Assembly (NCBI GenBank): GCA_028715175.1
Contig: JAQUSJ010000001.1
Location: 674,386 to 738,385, forward strand
Length of the DNA stretch: 64,000 nucleotides
From: Candidatus Daviesbacteria bacterium
Lineage (GTDB): Bacteria > Patescibacteriota > Microgenomatia > Daviesbacterales > UBA10151
Direction of reading: 5' to 3'
Shown piece by piece: positions 17,045 to 25,662 of the stretch. The notes beneath the pieces are model-generated. The model searched no databases, was not told the DNA's origin, and saw nothing but the letters and a program-made list of their open reading frames with translations. Each line of letters starts with the position of its first letter. Within the stretch, counting starts at the first letter, position 1. A program made the position numbers and the translations under genes.

Positions 17045-18265
17045 CTAATCCAAAAGCTCTATTGCTTTCTCAAGCTGCAGATCCTTTGTTGCATCTTCTT
17101 TGTCAGCCTCAATTATAACATCCGGATCTATGCCTTGGGAATCATTAACCCATCTGCCGTTTGGTGTTAACCACTTTGCTATTGTAATATGAATCCCTGC
17201 TCCGCCTGCAAGATCTTCAGCATTTTGGATAGTTCCTTTACCAAACGATTTTTCCCCAACCAACTTAGCCCGGCCTCGATCCTGAAGTGCACCTGCTACA
17301 ATTTCCGAAGCAGATGCCGAACCTTTGTTCACCAAAACCAGGAGTGGTATTTTTGTAAGTTTTCCTATTCTTGAAACTTTAAAAAGCGTCTTCGCTCCTT
17401 CACTATCTTCCTGCTGAACAACGCTTCCCCCTTCTAAAAACTCTGAAGCTATAAAAACTGCTCCATCCAAGAATCCGCCCGGATTATTCCGGAGGTCTAA
17501 GATAACTGCTTGCGATCCGGCAGCAAGTATCTCGGTAACCACGGAATTCCACTCATCTTCGGTCCTTTCTCCAAAACGGGATAATTTTATAATCGCCACT
17601 TTCTTTCCAAGCTTAGTTTCTTTGTAACTTACAGTTACACTTTTTACAACTATAGTATCTCTATCCAGGGTGAAAACTCTCGTATCAGATTCCCCTTCCC
17701 GGAAAATTGTTAAAGAAACCTTTGTTCCTTTTGGTCCTCTTATTAAATTTACAGCTTCCGGCAGACTTATCCCGGTTGTATCCTTATCGCCGATTTTAAC
17801 AATTGTATCTCCGGGCTCAATACCTGCTTTTAATGCCGGCGTACCATCAAGTGGAGCAACTACCACTAATCTCTTGTCTTTGTTAAAACCCAGCTGAATT
17901 CCTACCCCGTCAAAGCTGCCATTTAATTCTTCTTTAGAAAATTTTTGTTGATCAGGCGTCAAGAAAACCGTATAAGGATCTCCCAGCGAGGAAACCATTC
18001 CTGAAATAGCGCCGTAAAATAATTTATTGGGATCTATGGCTTTTTTATCAAGGTAGCTGCGGGACAAAAGATCCCAGGTGTTCCAAAATAATTTGAAATC
18101 TATATCAATATTTTTGGGAGGTTCTTTATTAACTATAGAGAGTGTCGGCCGGTAAGTTGCAAGCTTAAACTGTACATCCCGATGGCCCAATTGCCAACCC
18201 AGCAAAAAAGCCAAAATCAGAATCAAAACTATTTTTATATCTAAAGTTTTAAGGAAATTTCTCAT
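17045..18265 (-). CDS. ctpA: carboxyl-terminal processing protease (S41 family)
   Basis: PDZ domain plus LVNKGSASASEIVAGALQD with downstream K (S41 Ser/Lys dyad). N-terminal TM anchor. Confidence 0.85.
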   Translation of the reverse strand: MRNFLKTLDIKIVLILILAFLLGWQLGHRDVQFKLATYRPTLSIVNKEPPKNIDIDFKLFWNTWDLLSRSYLDKKAIDPNKLFYGAISGMVSSLGDPYTVFLTPDQQKFSKEELNGSFDGVGIQLGFNKDKRLVVVAPLDGTPALKAGIEPGDTIVKIGDKDTTGISLPEAVNLIRGPKGTKVSLTIFREGESDTRVFTLDRDTIVVKSVTVSYKETKLGKKVAIIKLSRFGERTEDEWNSVVTEILAAGSQAVILDLRNNPGGFLDGAVFIASEFLEGGSVVQQEDSEGAKTLFKVSRIGKLTKIPLLVLVNKGSASASEIVAGALQDRGRAKLVGEKSFGKGTIQNAEDLAGGAGIHITIAKWLTPNGRWVNDSQGIDPDVIIEADKEDATKDLQLEKAIELLD

Positions 18266-18289
18266 ACAAATATTTCTAATTTGTAAACT

Positions 18290-19438
18290 CTACCCTATTA
18301 TTTCTAAATTCGCAACCGGCACCTGAAGTTTTCTTCTGGTGGTTTCAACTGTCACCAGATAATCCTTAACTCCGGAGGGTAAAAGAGTCAAGGAATCATC
18401 TCTTGATACAATTTTACCCTGTTCCCCGAGACAGGAATTTCCAACTATCCTTACTTTTAAGCCAACTTTAAGTTCCTGAGCTTCCATGGAATAGCCACCA
18501 GATTCTCTTAACTTGTGATCGAGCAGTGGAGGCAATTTGGTATTTTTTATTTTTATTAAACTGGCTGATGAAAATGATGGAAGACTAATTAGAGCTTTAT
18601 TCCCGTCAATAAAAACAAATTTTCCTTCATATTCGGATAAAACCTCAAAAATATCATCTCCTATCGGGATCGAACCAAAACCTTCACACACCACAACTCC
18701 AATACCTATATCATTATCCAATTTCTTGGGGAAGACTAATCTGCCTCCGGCCATACCTTTGTAATCCTCTGCATTGATCCCGCCCGTAATAATTCCGCTA
18801 ACTCCCTGTGAAATACAAACAGAGATCGCATCTTTAAAAAATAAACTGCCTCCTACCAGTATCTGCCCGTCATATTTTGTTTGAATCTCTTCTTTGGATA
18901 CCAGACTATCTTTTTTGCCTAAAATATGAAGAATTCCGTCACGACTTCTTCCGGAACCGAACATACCATAGATTTTGCTAACAAGAGTCCGGATTATCAC
19001 TTGTCCTCTTTCCGTATCCACATCTTCCACGAACCCAAAAACTCCGGCCGGTAAGTCTGCTTTCTTGGACAAAAATGCGATTTTTAATTCTCCGGTTTTG
19101 GTATTTAAGAAATCCAATACACCATCTGCGGGAGAAGTTACTACTTTCTTTCCGAAAAGCAACCAACCTTTCTTGAAGGCTAACAGTTCGCCTTTATAAA
19201 TCCGCTGACCCAATTGCCTTGTTAAATATTTCTCAACCTCCTCCGGGGGCACGGAAAGCAGTGTAGATAAATTTAAAACCCGGAATCCCGAAGCAATGGT
19301 TCCATTGCCTATAATTTCATCCGGTGTAACTTGTTGACCCGCTTTCACGGTAAGAGAACCTTTACCTTTTAAAATTCTTACAACTCGAGTTACGACATTT
19401 TTCTCAACACGCAAACGGATATGCACAGAGTGCTTCAT
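18290..19438 (-). CDS. hypothetical protein (382 aa)
   Basis: No motif recognised by eye. Possible KOW-like C-terminal segment (ELKVGLKVRIVGN…). Overlaps the upstream gene by 4 nt, forming a two-gene operon. Confidence 0.45.
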   Translation of the reverse strand: MKHSVHIRLRVEKNVVTRVVRILKGKGSLTVKAGQQVTPDEIIGNGTIASGFRVLNLSTLLSVPPEEVEKYLTRQLGQRIYKGELLAFKKGWLLFGKKVVTSPADGVLDFLNTKTGELKIAFLSKKADLPAGVFGFVEDVDTERGQVIIRTLVSKIYGMFGSGRSRDGILHILGKKDSLVSKEEIQTKYDGQILVGGSLFFKDAISVCISQGVSGIITGGINAEDYKGMAGGRLVFPKKLDNDIGIGVVVCEGFGSIPIGDDIFEVLSEYEGKFVFIDGNKALISLPSFSSASLIKIKNTKLPPLLDHKLRESGGYSMEAQELKVGLKVRIVGNSCLGEQGKIVSRDDSLTLLPSGVKDYLVTVETTRRKLQVPVANLEIIG

Positions 19439-20103
19439 ACGCTCCTTCCGTCAATCACCAAACCTAATTTTCCGCCATAAATTTCAATTGCACTTTCCTC
19501 TTTACCCAAAATCTTACCTTTGTGGAGTTTGTATCTTATTTCACATCTGTCTTTGAAACAAGGCAACACTGTCAAACCTCCCGGGCGGATTTCATAATTT
19601 TTCCCCAGCAATTGACAACGCATCAGCGCATTTTTGTCTTCAAATTGGGGCAGGATAACAGATCCTACAACCTCATCACTAATACCTGTCAAAACTATAG
19701 TCCAGATATCCTGAAACCAATCCTTCCTTGTCCGATTAAGCAACAATGCATTTATAAAAACTGTCGTCAAAGCAGCAAGATTGGGTACAAAGTCAAGAAA
19801 CTTTGAAGGAATTAAGATTTTCCGCAGTGTAATATTTAAAAAAGGGTTATCGCCAAGTAAAGCATTTGATTTTTGAGATCCTTCGGGGGCATTCATTTTT
19901 AGCGCTTCGCAGAGAATTGCTAAATCTATCTGCATATCTTGTTTGGTCAGGGGAAGACTCCGGGGGTATAAAATTTTGTTTGCCAAGTAATTTTTAAGTT
20001 GAGCTAACTGAGGCGCTGGTTTTAACCAGGAAGATACGGCTTCAACTGAAATTTGATCCAGATTATCAAAGCTATCAAAAAGACCTGTTGGAATAATGGG
20101 CAT
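19435..20103 (-). CDS. hypothetical protein (222 aa)
   Basis: No recognisable domain. First gene of a two-gene operon, immediately downstream of the 20111..20155 repeat cluster. Confidence 0.45.
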   Translation of the reverse strand: MPIIPTGLFDSFDNLDQISVEAVSSWLKPAPQLAQLKNYLANKILYPRSLPLTKQDMQIDLAILCEALKMNAPEGSQKSNALLGDNPFLNITLRKILIPSKFLDFVPNLAALTTVFINALLLNRTRKDWFQDIWTIVLTGISDEVVGSVILPQFEDKNALMRCQLLGKNYEIRPGGLTVLPCFKDRCEIRYKLHKGKILGKEESAIEIYGGKLGLVIDGRSV

Positions 20104-20110
20104 AGATCTA

Positions 20111-20155
20111 GTTTACCACGTTCATGTAAACAACTGAACGTGGTTTACCACGTTC
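20111..20155. promoter_or_regulatory. direct plus inverted repeat cluster: GTTTACCACGTTC x2 (20111-20123, 20143-20155) and the palindrome GAACGTGG-TTTA-CCACGTTC
   Basis: Read directly. Fills the 53-bp gap between the rpsR stop (20157) and the start codon of 19435..20103. Candidate operator or terminator hairpin. Confidence 0.4.
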
Positions 20156-20156
20156 C

Positions 20157-20465
20157 TCAAACCTTGGGGGTAAAGGGAAAAAGGGCTAAATGTCTTGCAT
20201 ATTTTATCTGTTTAGTCGCTATCCGCTGGTGTTTGCTGCAAAGATTGCTCTTTAGCTTAGGTACTATTTTTGCCCGGTCGGTTACAAAACGGCGCAGAAC
20301 ATTCGTATCTGTATACGAAGGATTAGTTTTACTTTGGCAAAAAAGGCATGCTCTTTTAGGCCTACCGGCCTTTTGCAACTCTTCTGAGGGTTGTTTTACC
20401 TCTTCTCCCTCTTTTACAGAAACTGCAGGTTTAGAAATTACTCTTTTAATCCTTTTCTCTACCAT
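20157..20465 (-). CDS. rpsR: 30S ribosomal protein S18
   Basis: …CLFCQSKTNPSYTDTNVLRRFVTDRAKIVPKLKSNLCSKHQRIATKQIKYARHLALFP… is a conserved S18 core. Confidence 0.9.
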   Translation of the reverse strand: MVEKRIKRVISKPAVSVKEGEEVKQPSEELQKAGRPKRACLFCQSKTNPSYTDTNVLRRFVTDRAKIVPKLKSNLCSKHQRIATKQIKYARHLALFPFTPKV

Positions 20466-20508
20466 AATTTAGCGATTACATCGCGGAACGATTATATCTT
20501 AAATTGAG

Positions 20509-21036
20509 CTAGAATGGAAGATCGTCTTTAACTTCTTCTTGAGGGGGAGTTTCTTCCTGGGAGACTTCAGTTTCTTTCTTTGCTGATTTAGCTTCATCCT
20601 CTATCTTTTCTTTAACTGTAACTTTCTCTTCTGGTTCTGTCTCCTCTGTCTTGGCATGTTCTGCTTCCGCATCCTCTGGCGTTGCCGCCGTTTCTCCAAA
20701 ATTTTTGGGGGTCAATATGATCATATCTTCTACTACAATTTCCGTACTCTGCCTCTGAGTACCGTCCTGCGCTGTCCAGGATCTGGTTTGCAACCTGCCG
20801 GAAATAAATACCCTCATACCTTTTTTAAGCAGTTGATTACAAAGCTCTGCCAACTTATTCCAGGCTACTAATTTATGAAAATCTGCCTCTTCTTTACGCT
20901 CACCTTCTGTAACATAAGTTCGGTTAGTAGCCATACCGAAAGTAACAACTGCAGCACCATTTGGGGTATATCGAAGTTCGGGGTCCCTTGTTAAATTGCC
21001 TATAAGTTCAACTCTATTCCAAGATCTTGAAGCCAT
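20509..21036 (-). CDS. ssb: single-stranded DNA-binding protein
   Basis: OB-fold N-terminus (MASRSWNRVELIGNLTRDPELRYTPNGAAVVTF…) and acidic C-terminal tail …DDLPF. Confidence 0.9.
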   Translation of the reverse strand: MASRSWNRVELIGNLTRDPELRYTPNGAAVVTFGMATNRTYVTEGERKEEADFHKLVAWNKLAELCNQLLKKGMRVFISGRLQTRSWTAQDGTQRQSTEIVVEDMIILTPKNFGETAATPEDAEAEHAKTEETEPEEKVTVKEKIEDEAKSAKKETEVSQEETPPQEEVKDDLPF

Positions 21037-21093
21037 CTATCTTCCACCTTCCATCTTCAAAAGTCTATCTTCTACTTTCCATCATCTATCGTC
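21035..21093. repeat. Family-C element pair (CATCTATCTTCCACCTTCCATCTTC … TCTATCTTCTACTTTCCATCATCTATCGTC) between ssb and rpsF
   Basis: Read directly. Encodes the rpsF C-terminal …IRR plus its TAG stop, and carries the ssb SD and start region. Confidence 0.65.
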
Positions 21094-21367
21094 TGATCAA
21101 AAGATAACGCAATACATCTTCTTCTACTTTTAAGCTTTTGTCAAGACCTTTTGCGTCTTTGGGATCTGCTTGAATTTCAAAATGAGCATAGTAACCGGAG
21201 GTTTGCTTATTTATAGGATAAGCCAAAGCCCTCACTCCCCAAAGGTCTTCCTTTTCCATCTTGCCATCTTTCCCTACCAATTTTTTACTGATGGAATCCA
21301 AAAGAGCTTTTCTAACTTTTTCTTCCAAATCCGGCTTTAAAACTAATGTTAAATAATATGAATTCAT
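21086..21367 (-). CDS. rpsF: 30S ribosomal protein S6
   Basis: MNSYYLTLVLKPDLEE…YAHFEIQADP… Lies in the classic rpsF-ssb-rpsR arrangement. Confidence 0.9.
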   Translation of the reverse strand: MNSYYLTLVLKPDLEEKVRKALLDSISKKLVGKDGKMEKEDLWGVRALAYPINKQTSGYYAHFEIQADPKDAKGLDKSLKVEEDVLRYLLIRR

Positions 21368-21428
21368 ATTTATTGTGTGTAATTGTACTAAGAAGAAGTG
21401 AATAATTCAATAGAAGATTATACAGAAG

Positions 21429-22553
21429 TTAATTGCTAACCAAAAATTCAACCACATCCCCATCCTTAACCTCATAATCTTTTCCTTCAGTCCTAACCCA
21501 CCCTTTGGCCTTAGCTTCTGTATATGATCCAGCTTCTATCAATTTATCATAAGAGATAACCTGGGCCCTGATAAAATTTTTCTCAAAATCGCTGTGGATT
21601 ACCCCTGCTGCTTGGGGAGCTTTTGTTCCTCTCTTTATAGTCCAAGCCCTGACTTCTTTCGGACCGGCAGTTAAAAAAGAAATTAGGCCTAAAAGGTCAT
21701 AGGCTTTGACAATTAATCTTTCCAAACCTGTTTGATCAATCCCTAAAGTTCTTAAATATTCCAATCTTTCTTCTTCTGAATAATCAGCCAATTCTTCTTC
21801 CAATTTGGCAGAGATAACCATCTCATTCTGACCATTCCACCTCGGAGATGTAACTGCATTTTTTTCACCTCCGAGGTGTTCTGAAATTGCGCTTTCTGAA
21901 ACATTTAGAACATATAGCGTTGGTTTAATAGTCAGAAGTGGCAGGCGATCAAACCAATCCTGAAGTCTGTCATCTGCTATCTGGTATTTCCCAAGATTTC
22001 TCCCTTGATTCAACTCCTCTTTTATCTGATTTAAAATCTCTGCTTTCTGACTTGCTAGTGGATCCATTTCCTGTTTACCCGCCGAAGCTTTAGCGAAGGA
22101 GGGGGCAGCTATTAATTTTTCCAGAGTTTGAAGATCTGCCAATCCTAATTCTGTTTCCACTACCAATTTATCTGAGTCTGGATTTTCCGCTCCAGCCCGT
22201 ACCACATTTTCATCCTGAAAATCCCGCAGAACATGAATTATGGCATCCACTTCTCTAATGTGAGATAAAAACTGGTTACCCAAACCGGCTCCGGTTGAAG
22301 CACCTTTTACTAATCCGGCAATATCTACAAATTCCACCACAGCCGGAACAACAGGAGGTTTTTTTGACACCTCAGCCACCAGATCGGCCAGCTTGTTTAG
22401 CCTCTCATCAGGTACTGCCACCACCCCCACATTTGGTTCAACTGTGGCAAAAGGATAATTGGCAGAAAGAGCCACTCTTTTTTTCAAAAGAGCATTGAAC
22501 AAAGTACTTTTCCCAACATTTGGTAATCCAACTATCCCGACTTTTAAAGACAT
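21429..22553 (-). CDS. ychF: ribosome-binding ATPase YchF (Obg-like GTPase family) with in-frame palindromic insertion
   Basis: MSLKVGIVGLPNVGKSTLFNAL… G-domain, coiled-coil insert, C-terminal TGS domain. Family-B element at 21837..21878. Confidence 0.9.
   Translation of the reverse strand: MSLKVGIVGLPNVGKSTLFNALLKKRVALSANYPFATVEPNVGVVAVPDERLNKLADLVAEVSKKPPVVPAVVEFVDIAGLVKGASTGAGLGNQFLSHIREVDAIIHVLRDFQDENVVRAGAENPDSDKLVVETELGLADLQTLEKLIAAPSFAKASAGKQEMDPLASQKAEILNQIKEELNQGRNLGKYQIADDRLQDWFDRLPLLTIKPTLYVLNVSESAISEHLGGEKNAVTSPRWNGQNEMVISAKLEEELADYSEEERLEYLRTLGIDQTGLERLIVKAYDLLGLISFLTAGPKEVRAWTIKRGTKAPQAAGVIHSDFEKNFIRAQVISYDKLIEAGSYTEAKAKGWVRTEGKDYEVKDGDVVEFLVSN
21837..21878. repeat. Family-B palindromic element (CCACCTCGGAG-N19-CACCTCCGAGGTG), in frame in ychF
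   Basis: Read directly; encodes …SEHLGGEKNAVTSPRWNGQ…. Confidence 0.75.
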
Positions 22554-22610
22554 ACCTGGAAATTATAAGCAAAGCTTGAAATTTTCGCTACGCTCAAATT
22601 ATAACTTAAT

Positions 22611-23066
22611 TTATGGATTTAGTATAACAATGGATAAATTAAGGAATGAGGCAAAAGTAACCCAAAGTAGATATGGGATTAATAAATTACCAGCCAGCTT
22701 GTTAATTTTGGTAAAAGCCTTAATTGTTAAGAAAATTGCTATCCATAAGGCCACTATCTCTACTAAAGCCAAGGCAGGGTTTTTCATCTCAAAAAAGATA
22801 ATGGACCAAGCTACATTTAAAATAAGCTGAATCCAGAAAATAGTTGGAACTTTCTTCTTTGTCCAAACTAAATATAAAGAGAGCCCCATCATTATATAAA
22901 GTATTGTCCAAACAGGCCCAAAAACCCAATTAGGCGGAGAAAAGAAAGGTTTATTTAAAGTTTGATACCAGTCAGGAATGGAAGAAGTAATAAACAAACT
23001 CCCTACTCCTCCTGCTGCAAGACAAATAACAATGGATAGAATAAGTTTAAAAATATTCCTGGGCAT
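22611..23066 (-). CDS. tspO: TspO/MBR family tryptophan-rich sensory protein
   Basis: …PDWYQTLNKPFFSPPNWVFGPVWTILYIMMGLSLYLVW…NVAWSIIFF…IPYLLWVTFASFLN… carries the TspO signature. 5 TM helices, 151 aa. Confidence 0.85.
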   Translation of the reverse strand: MPRNIFKLILSIVICLAAGGVGSLFITSSIPDWYQTLNKPFFSPPNWVFGPVWTILYIMMGLSLYLVWTKKKVPTIFWIQLILNVAWSIIFFEMKNPALALVEIVALWIAIFLTIKAFTKINKLAGNLLIPYLLWVTFASFLNLSIVILNP

Positions 23067-23238
23067 TACTTTAACTTTATCATAAAATTAAAGAAAAGAA
23101 AAAAGTAGTCCTAAAAAGAAAATTAAATAAAAAAAGTTTTAAGACCAAGTAAGCAAGATAAAAAAATAAACAAAACTTGGGACTTTTGGGAAATATTGTC
23201 TGCATCAATCCTTTTAGGTTATTAACGAAGATTTTGAT

Positions 23239-23640
23239 CTAAAGCCCCCCGAATGTATTACGCCATTCTTGACCAAAAAGACAATTTGCTGCTCTTTCTG
23301 TTTCTATAATTAAATCTAAGAAAACATCTCCAGTTGTTCCATCCCTGAAATCTCCTTCATACGGCTTCGGTTGAAAAGCTATAACTCTACCGCTTCCGTC
23401 CCGCATGAGTGAACCTGTTATTCCAATTCCTAACTCATGTAGAGCATTTGCAAAATCTCTGAAATTAAATGGGGTCGTTCTTGCATCAACTCTCATTGGC
23501 CTTGGTGGATATTGTGTCTCTTGTCAGCTACTAATTCCACCTAATGCAACTCTAACAGCATTTTGTTCGCGCGGTCCTAATCTGTTAAATGAATCTAAAG
23601 TTGAAGGGTCTACTGCACCCCAATTTTTCACGGTTTCCAT
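23239..23640 (-). pseudogene. 133-codon reading frame interrupted by one in-frame TGA at 23524-23526 (38-aa ORF + TGA + 94 codons); hypothetical protein, possible pseudogene or recoding
   Basis: Hand translation: METVKNWGAVDPSTLDSFNRLGPREQNAVRVALGGISS-TGA-QETQYPPRP-MRVDARTTPFNFRDFANALHELGIGITGSL… Both segments lie in the same frame. Confidence 0.3.
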
Positions 23641-23714
23641 AATTTATGAGAAATATAGCAAAATAGATAACAAAAGTCAAAGCTTATAAAAACCGAGGTT
23701 AAAATTTTAGGGAT

Positions 23715-24206
23715 TTACTTGGCTTTTTTATTACCAGCTTCTTCTATTTGGGATTTGATGAATTTTAGATAGCCTAAAAATAAAGCAATTACTAAACCAA
23801 TGCTTACAACCAAAAAACGAAACTTTGCATCTTCGCTGGCAAATCCCCGGACAATAGAGTAGATTAAAGTTAATACTCCCCCAAGTAACATCCCATCGGC
23901 AATAACTAGGATGGCTTTGGCAAATGTTAAGCTAATAATTAAAATTGTTATCGCCGCTGCCAAAGAGATAATTGAAACATTACGGTTATAAATTTTATCT
24001 TTTTCCATAAAAATCTTTTCCTCAGCATCAAACTTTTCCTGCTCCTGCTTCACCTCTGGCGAAACCACATCTTTTGGAGGACAGTATTTTATTGATAGTG
24101 GCGGCTCCGGGGATTTGGGTCCAGGATAAAAAGCAGCAATACCTACTCCCACAAAGGCAGCAAGAAGTATTCCGATAAAAATAATGTAGACAAATTTTAA
24201 TATCAT
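23715..24206 (-). CDS. hypothetical membrane protein (N- and C-terminal TM helices)
   Basis: 163 aa, hydrophobic termini, no motif recognised. Confidence 0.4.
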   Translation of the reverse strand: MILKFVYIIFIGILLAAFVGVGIAAFYPGPKSPEPPLSIKYCPPKDVVSPEVKQEQEKFDAEEKIFMEKDKIYNRNVSIISLAAAITILIISLTFAKAILVIADGMLLGGVLTLIYSIVRGFASEDAKFRFLVVSIGLVIALFLGYLKFIKSQIEEAGNKKAK

Positions 24207-24284
24207 TTAATAATTTTTTCTTTTCCAGTTTCTGACATATAAATAATTATATATCTTTCAAAAATTAAAAATAGAGGCCAACTG

Positions 24285-25313
24285 TTATTTCAAGTATTTA
24301 TTAAAAAAATCTATTGATCTTTGCATTGCAAGGTTAAAGCTTGGTCCAGAGATATTATGGTCTGCCCCGTTATAGGTATAGAGTTCAACGGTTTTTCCTT
24401 GTTTCTCCAAATCATTTTTTAAACCTTCGGAAAATAAGAAAGGAACCTCAGCATCTGCTAAACCCTGATGCAGTTGCAAGGGACCGGAGATATCTTTTAG
24501 GAAAAACCGCGGATCAATGCTTTGCCAAAAACTTGGATTAGAACTTGGGGTACCGTATTTTAATATCAAGTTTTGTTTGATGGAACTGATATGTCCGGCT
24601 ATTTCTTGATTTGAGAATGTCGTAGGTCTTATTCCATGCCATTTATTTAAGAGCTCATCATAAGTCCCCACCACCCCCGCCCAAATAACTCCGGCTTTAA
24701 TATCGGAAGAAATAACCATCGCACGTAAAGTAATATTCCCTCCCATTGAATGACCCCACATGCCAATTTTTCCCGGATCTACGTCTTTATATCTCTTAAC
24801 AGATGCAAGGGCATTTAAGACATCAATCGTATAAGCCGGTGAGTAATATGCTCCCTCTGATATTCCTTCGGAATTCCCATTGCCCCGGTAATCGGGCTTA
24901 AAAACTACAAAACCTTCTCTTGCAAAACCGTCCACATAAGCCACATACCTTTCGGTAGTTTTATACTGTGCCGGCGGGATATAACCATGATTAAAAATAA
25001 TGGCAGGCCAACCGCTTTCAGGCATGACGCCAGTTGGAACTGTTAATAAACCATAAATCTTTAACCCGTCTGATTTATAGGAAGCAATATATTGTTTATA
25101 ATTTTCTCCCGAAGTTAAAGTTTCCTCAATGATTAAATCGCTTCCCTGGTAACTTCTAGCCCTCATTTGAGAAATTTGCAAAGGGTTAACTTGAATAGGT
25201 TTTGGTGAATTTGAATCCGGAACAGCTTTAGGTTGTAATCTTACCTGATAAATTAACAGCCCAAAAACTATGACGATAAAAGACAAAAAAATAAGCAGCT
25301 TCTTATTAAGCAT
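24285..25313 (-). CDS. alpha/beta-hydrolase (S9 prolyl-oligopeptidase / dienelactone-hydrolase-like), membrane anchored or secreted
   Basis: Nucleophile elbow GHSMGG, downstream D and H. N-terminal TM/signal. Confidence 0.7.
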   Translation of the reverse strand: MLNKKLLIFLSFIVIVFGLLIYQVRLQPKAVPDSNSPKPIQVNPLQISQMRARSYQGSDLIIEETLTSGENYKQYIASYKSDGLKIYGLLTVPTGVMPESGWPAIIFNHGYIPPAQYKTTERYVAYVDGFAREGFVVFKPDYRGNGNSEGISEGAYYSPAYTIDVLNALASVKRYKDVDPGKIGMWGHSMGGNITLRAMVISSDIKAGVIWAGVVGTYDELLNKWHGIRPTTFSNQEIAGHISSIKQNLILKYGTPSSNPSFWQSIDPRFFLKDISGPLQLHQGLADAEVPFLFSEGLKNDLEKQGKTVELYTYNGADHNISGPSFNLAMQRSIDFFNKYLK

Positions 25314-25319
25314 AAACCC

Positions 25320-25634
25320 TTACTTAGCCAAAAGTAAAAGCAAGAAAACCCCAGCCAGATAAAAAGAAATCCAGCCGATTGTCCAAAAAAGCAAAGGAAA
25401 AGCTTGCCTGTACCTTTTTTCCCAAAATAAAAAACCGGCTCTGCCCAAAACCAAAACAGAGGAAATAATGGCTGATAAAACAAAAATTAAAAGGAAAAGA
25501 ATGGGACCAAAATAATTATTCATCTTACCAAATATTTGATTTCCATAAAGGAAGATCAAAGAAACAAGGCTGATATAAATAAGTAATCCTGTGGCTTGCA
25601 GAAAAGCCAGGAAAGGAAGAGAGAACTTTTTCAC
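25320..25634 (-). CDS. hypothetical small membrane protein (3 TM)
   Basis: 104 aa, hydrophobic, no motif. Confidence 0.35.
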   Translation of the reverse strand: MKKFSLPFLAFLQATGLLIYISLVSLIFLYGNQIFGKMNNYFGPILFLLIFVLSAIISSVLVLGRAGFLFWEKRYRQAFPLLFWTIGWISFYLAGVFLLLLLAK

Positions 25635-25662
25635 CTAACTATTTTACCATATCTTCCCCTTT

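Noticed and set aside
20053-20472. 139-aa plus-strand ORF over rpsR
   Set aside because: Antisense to the highly conserved S18 gene. The composition is an antisense artefact.
23067-23238. 172-bp AT-rich spacer as a possible small RNA gene (SRP, 6S, tmRNA fragment)
   Set aside because: Extremely A-rich, low complexity, no conserved helices or the SRP/tmRNA signature motifs. Too short for RNase P or tmRNA.
23524-23526. Selenocysteine incorporation at the in-frame TGA
   Set aside because: No convincing SECIS-like stem-loop immediately 3' of the codon, and no sel genes in the window. Left as a low-probability alternative under the pseudogene call.
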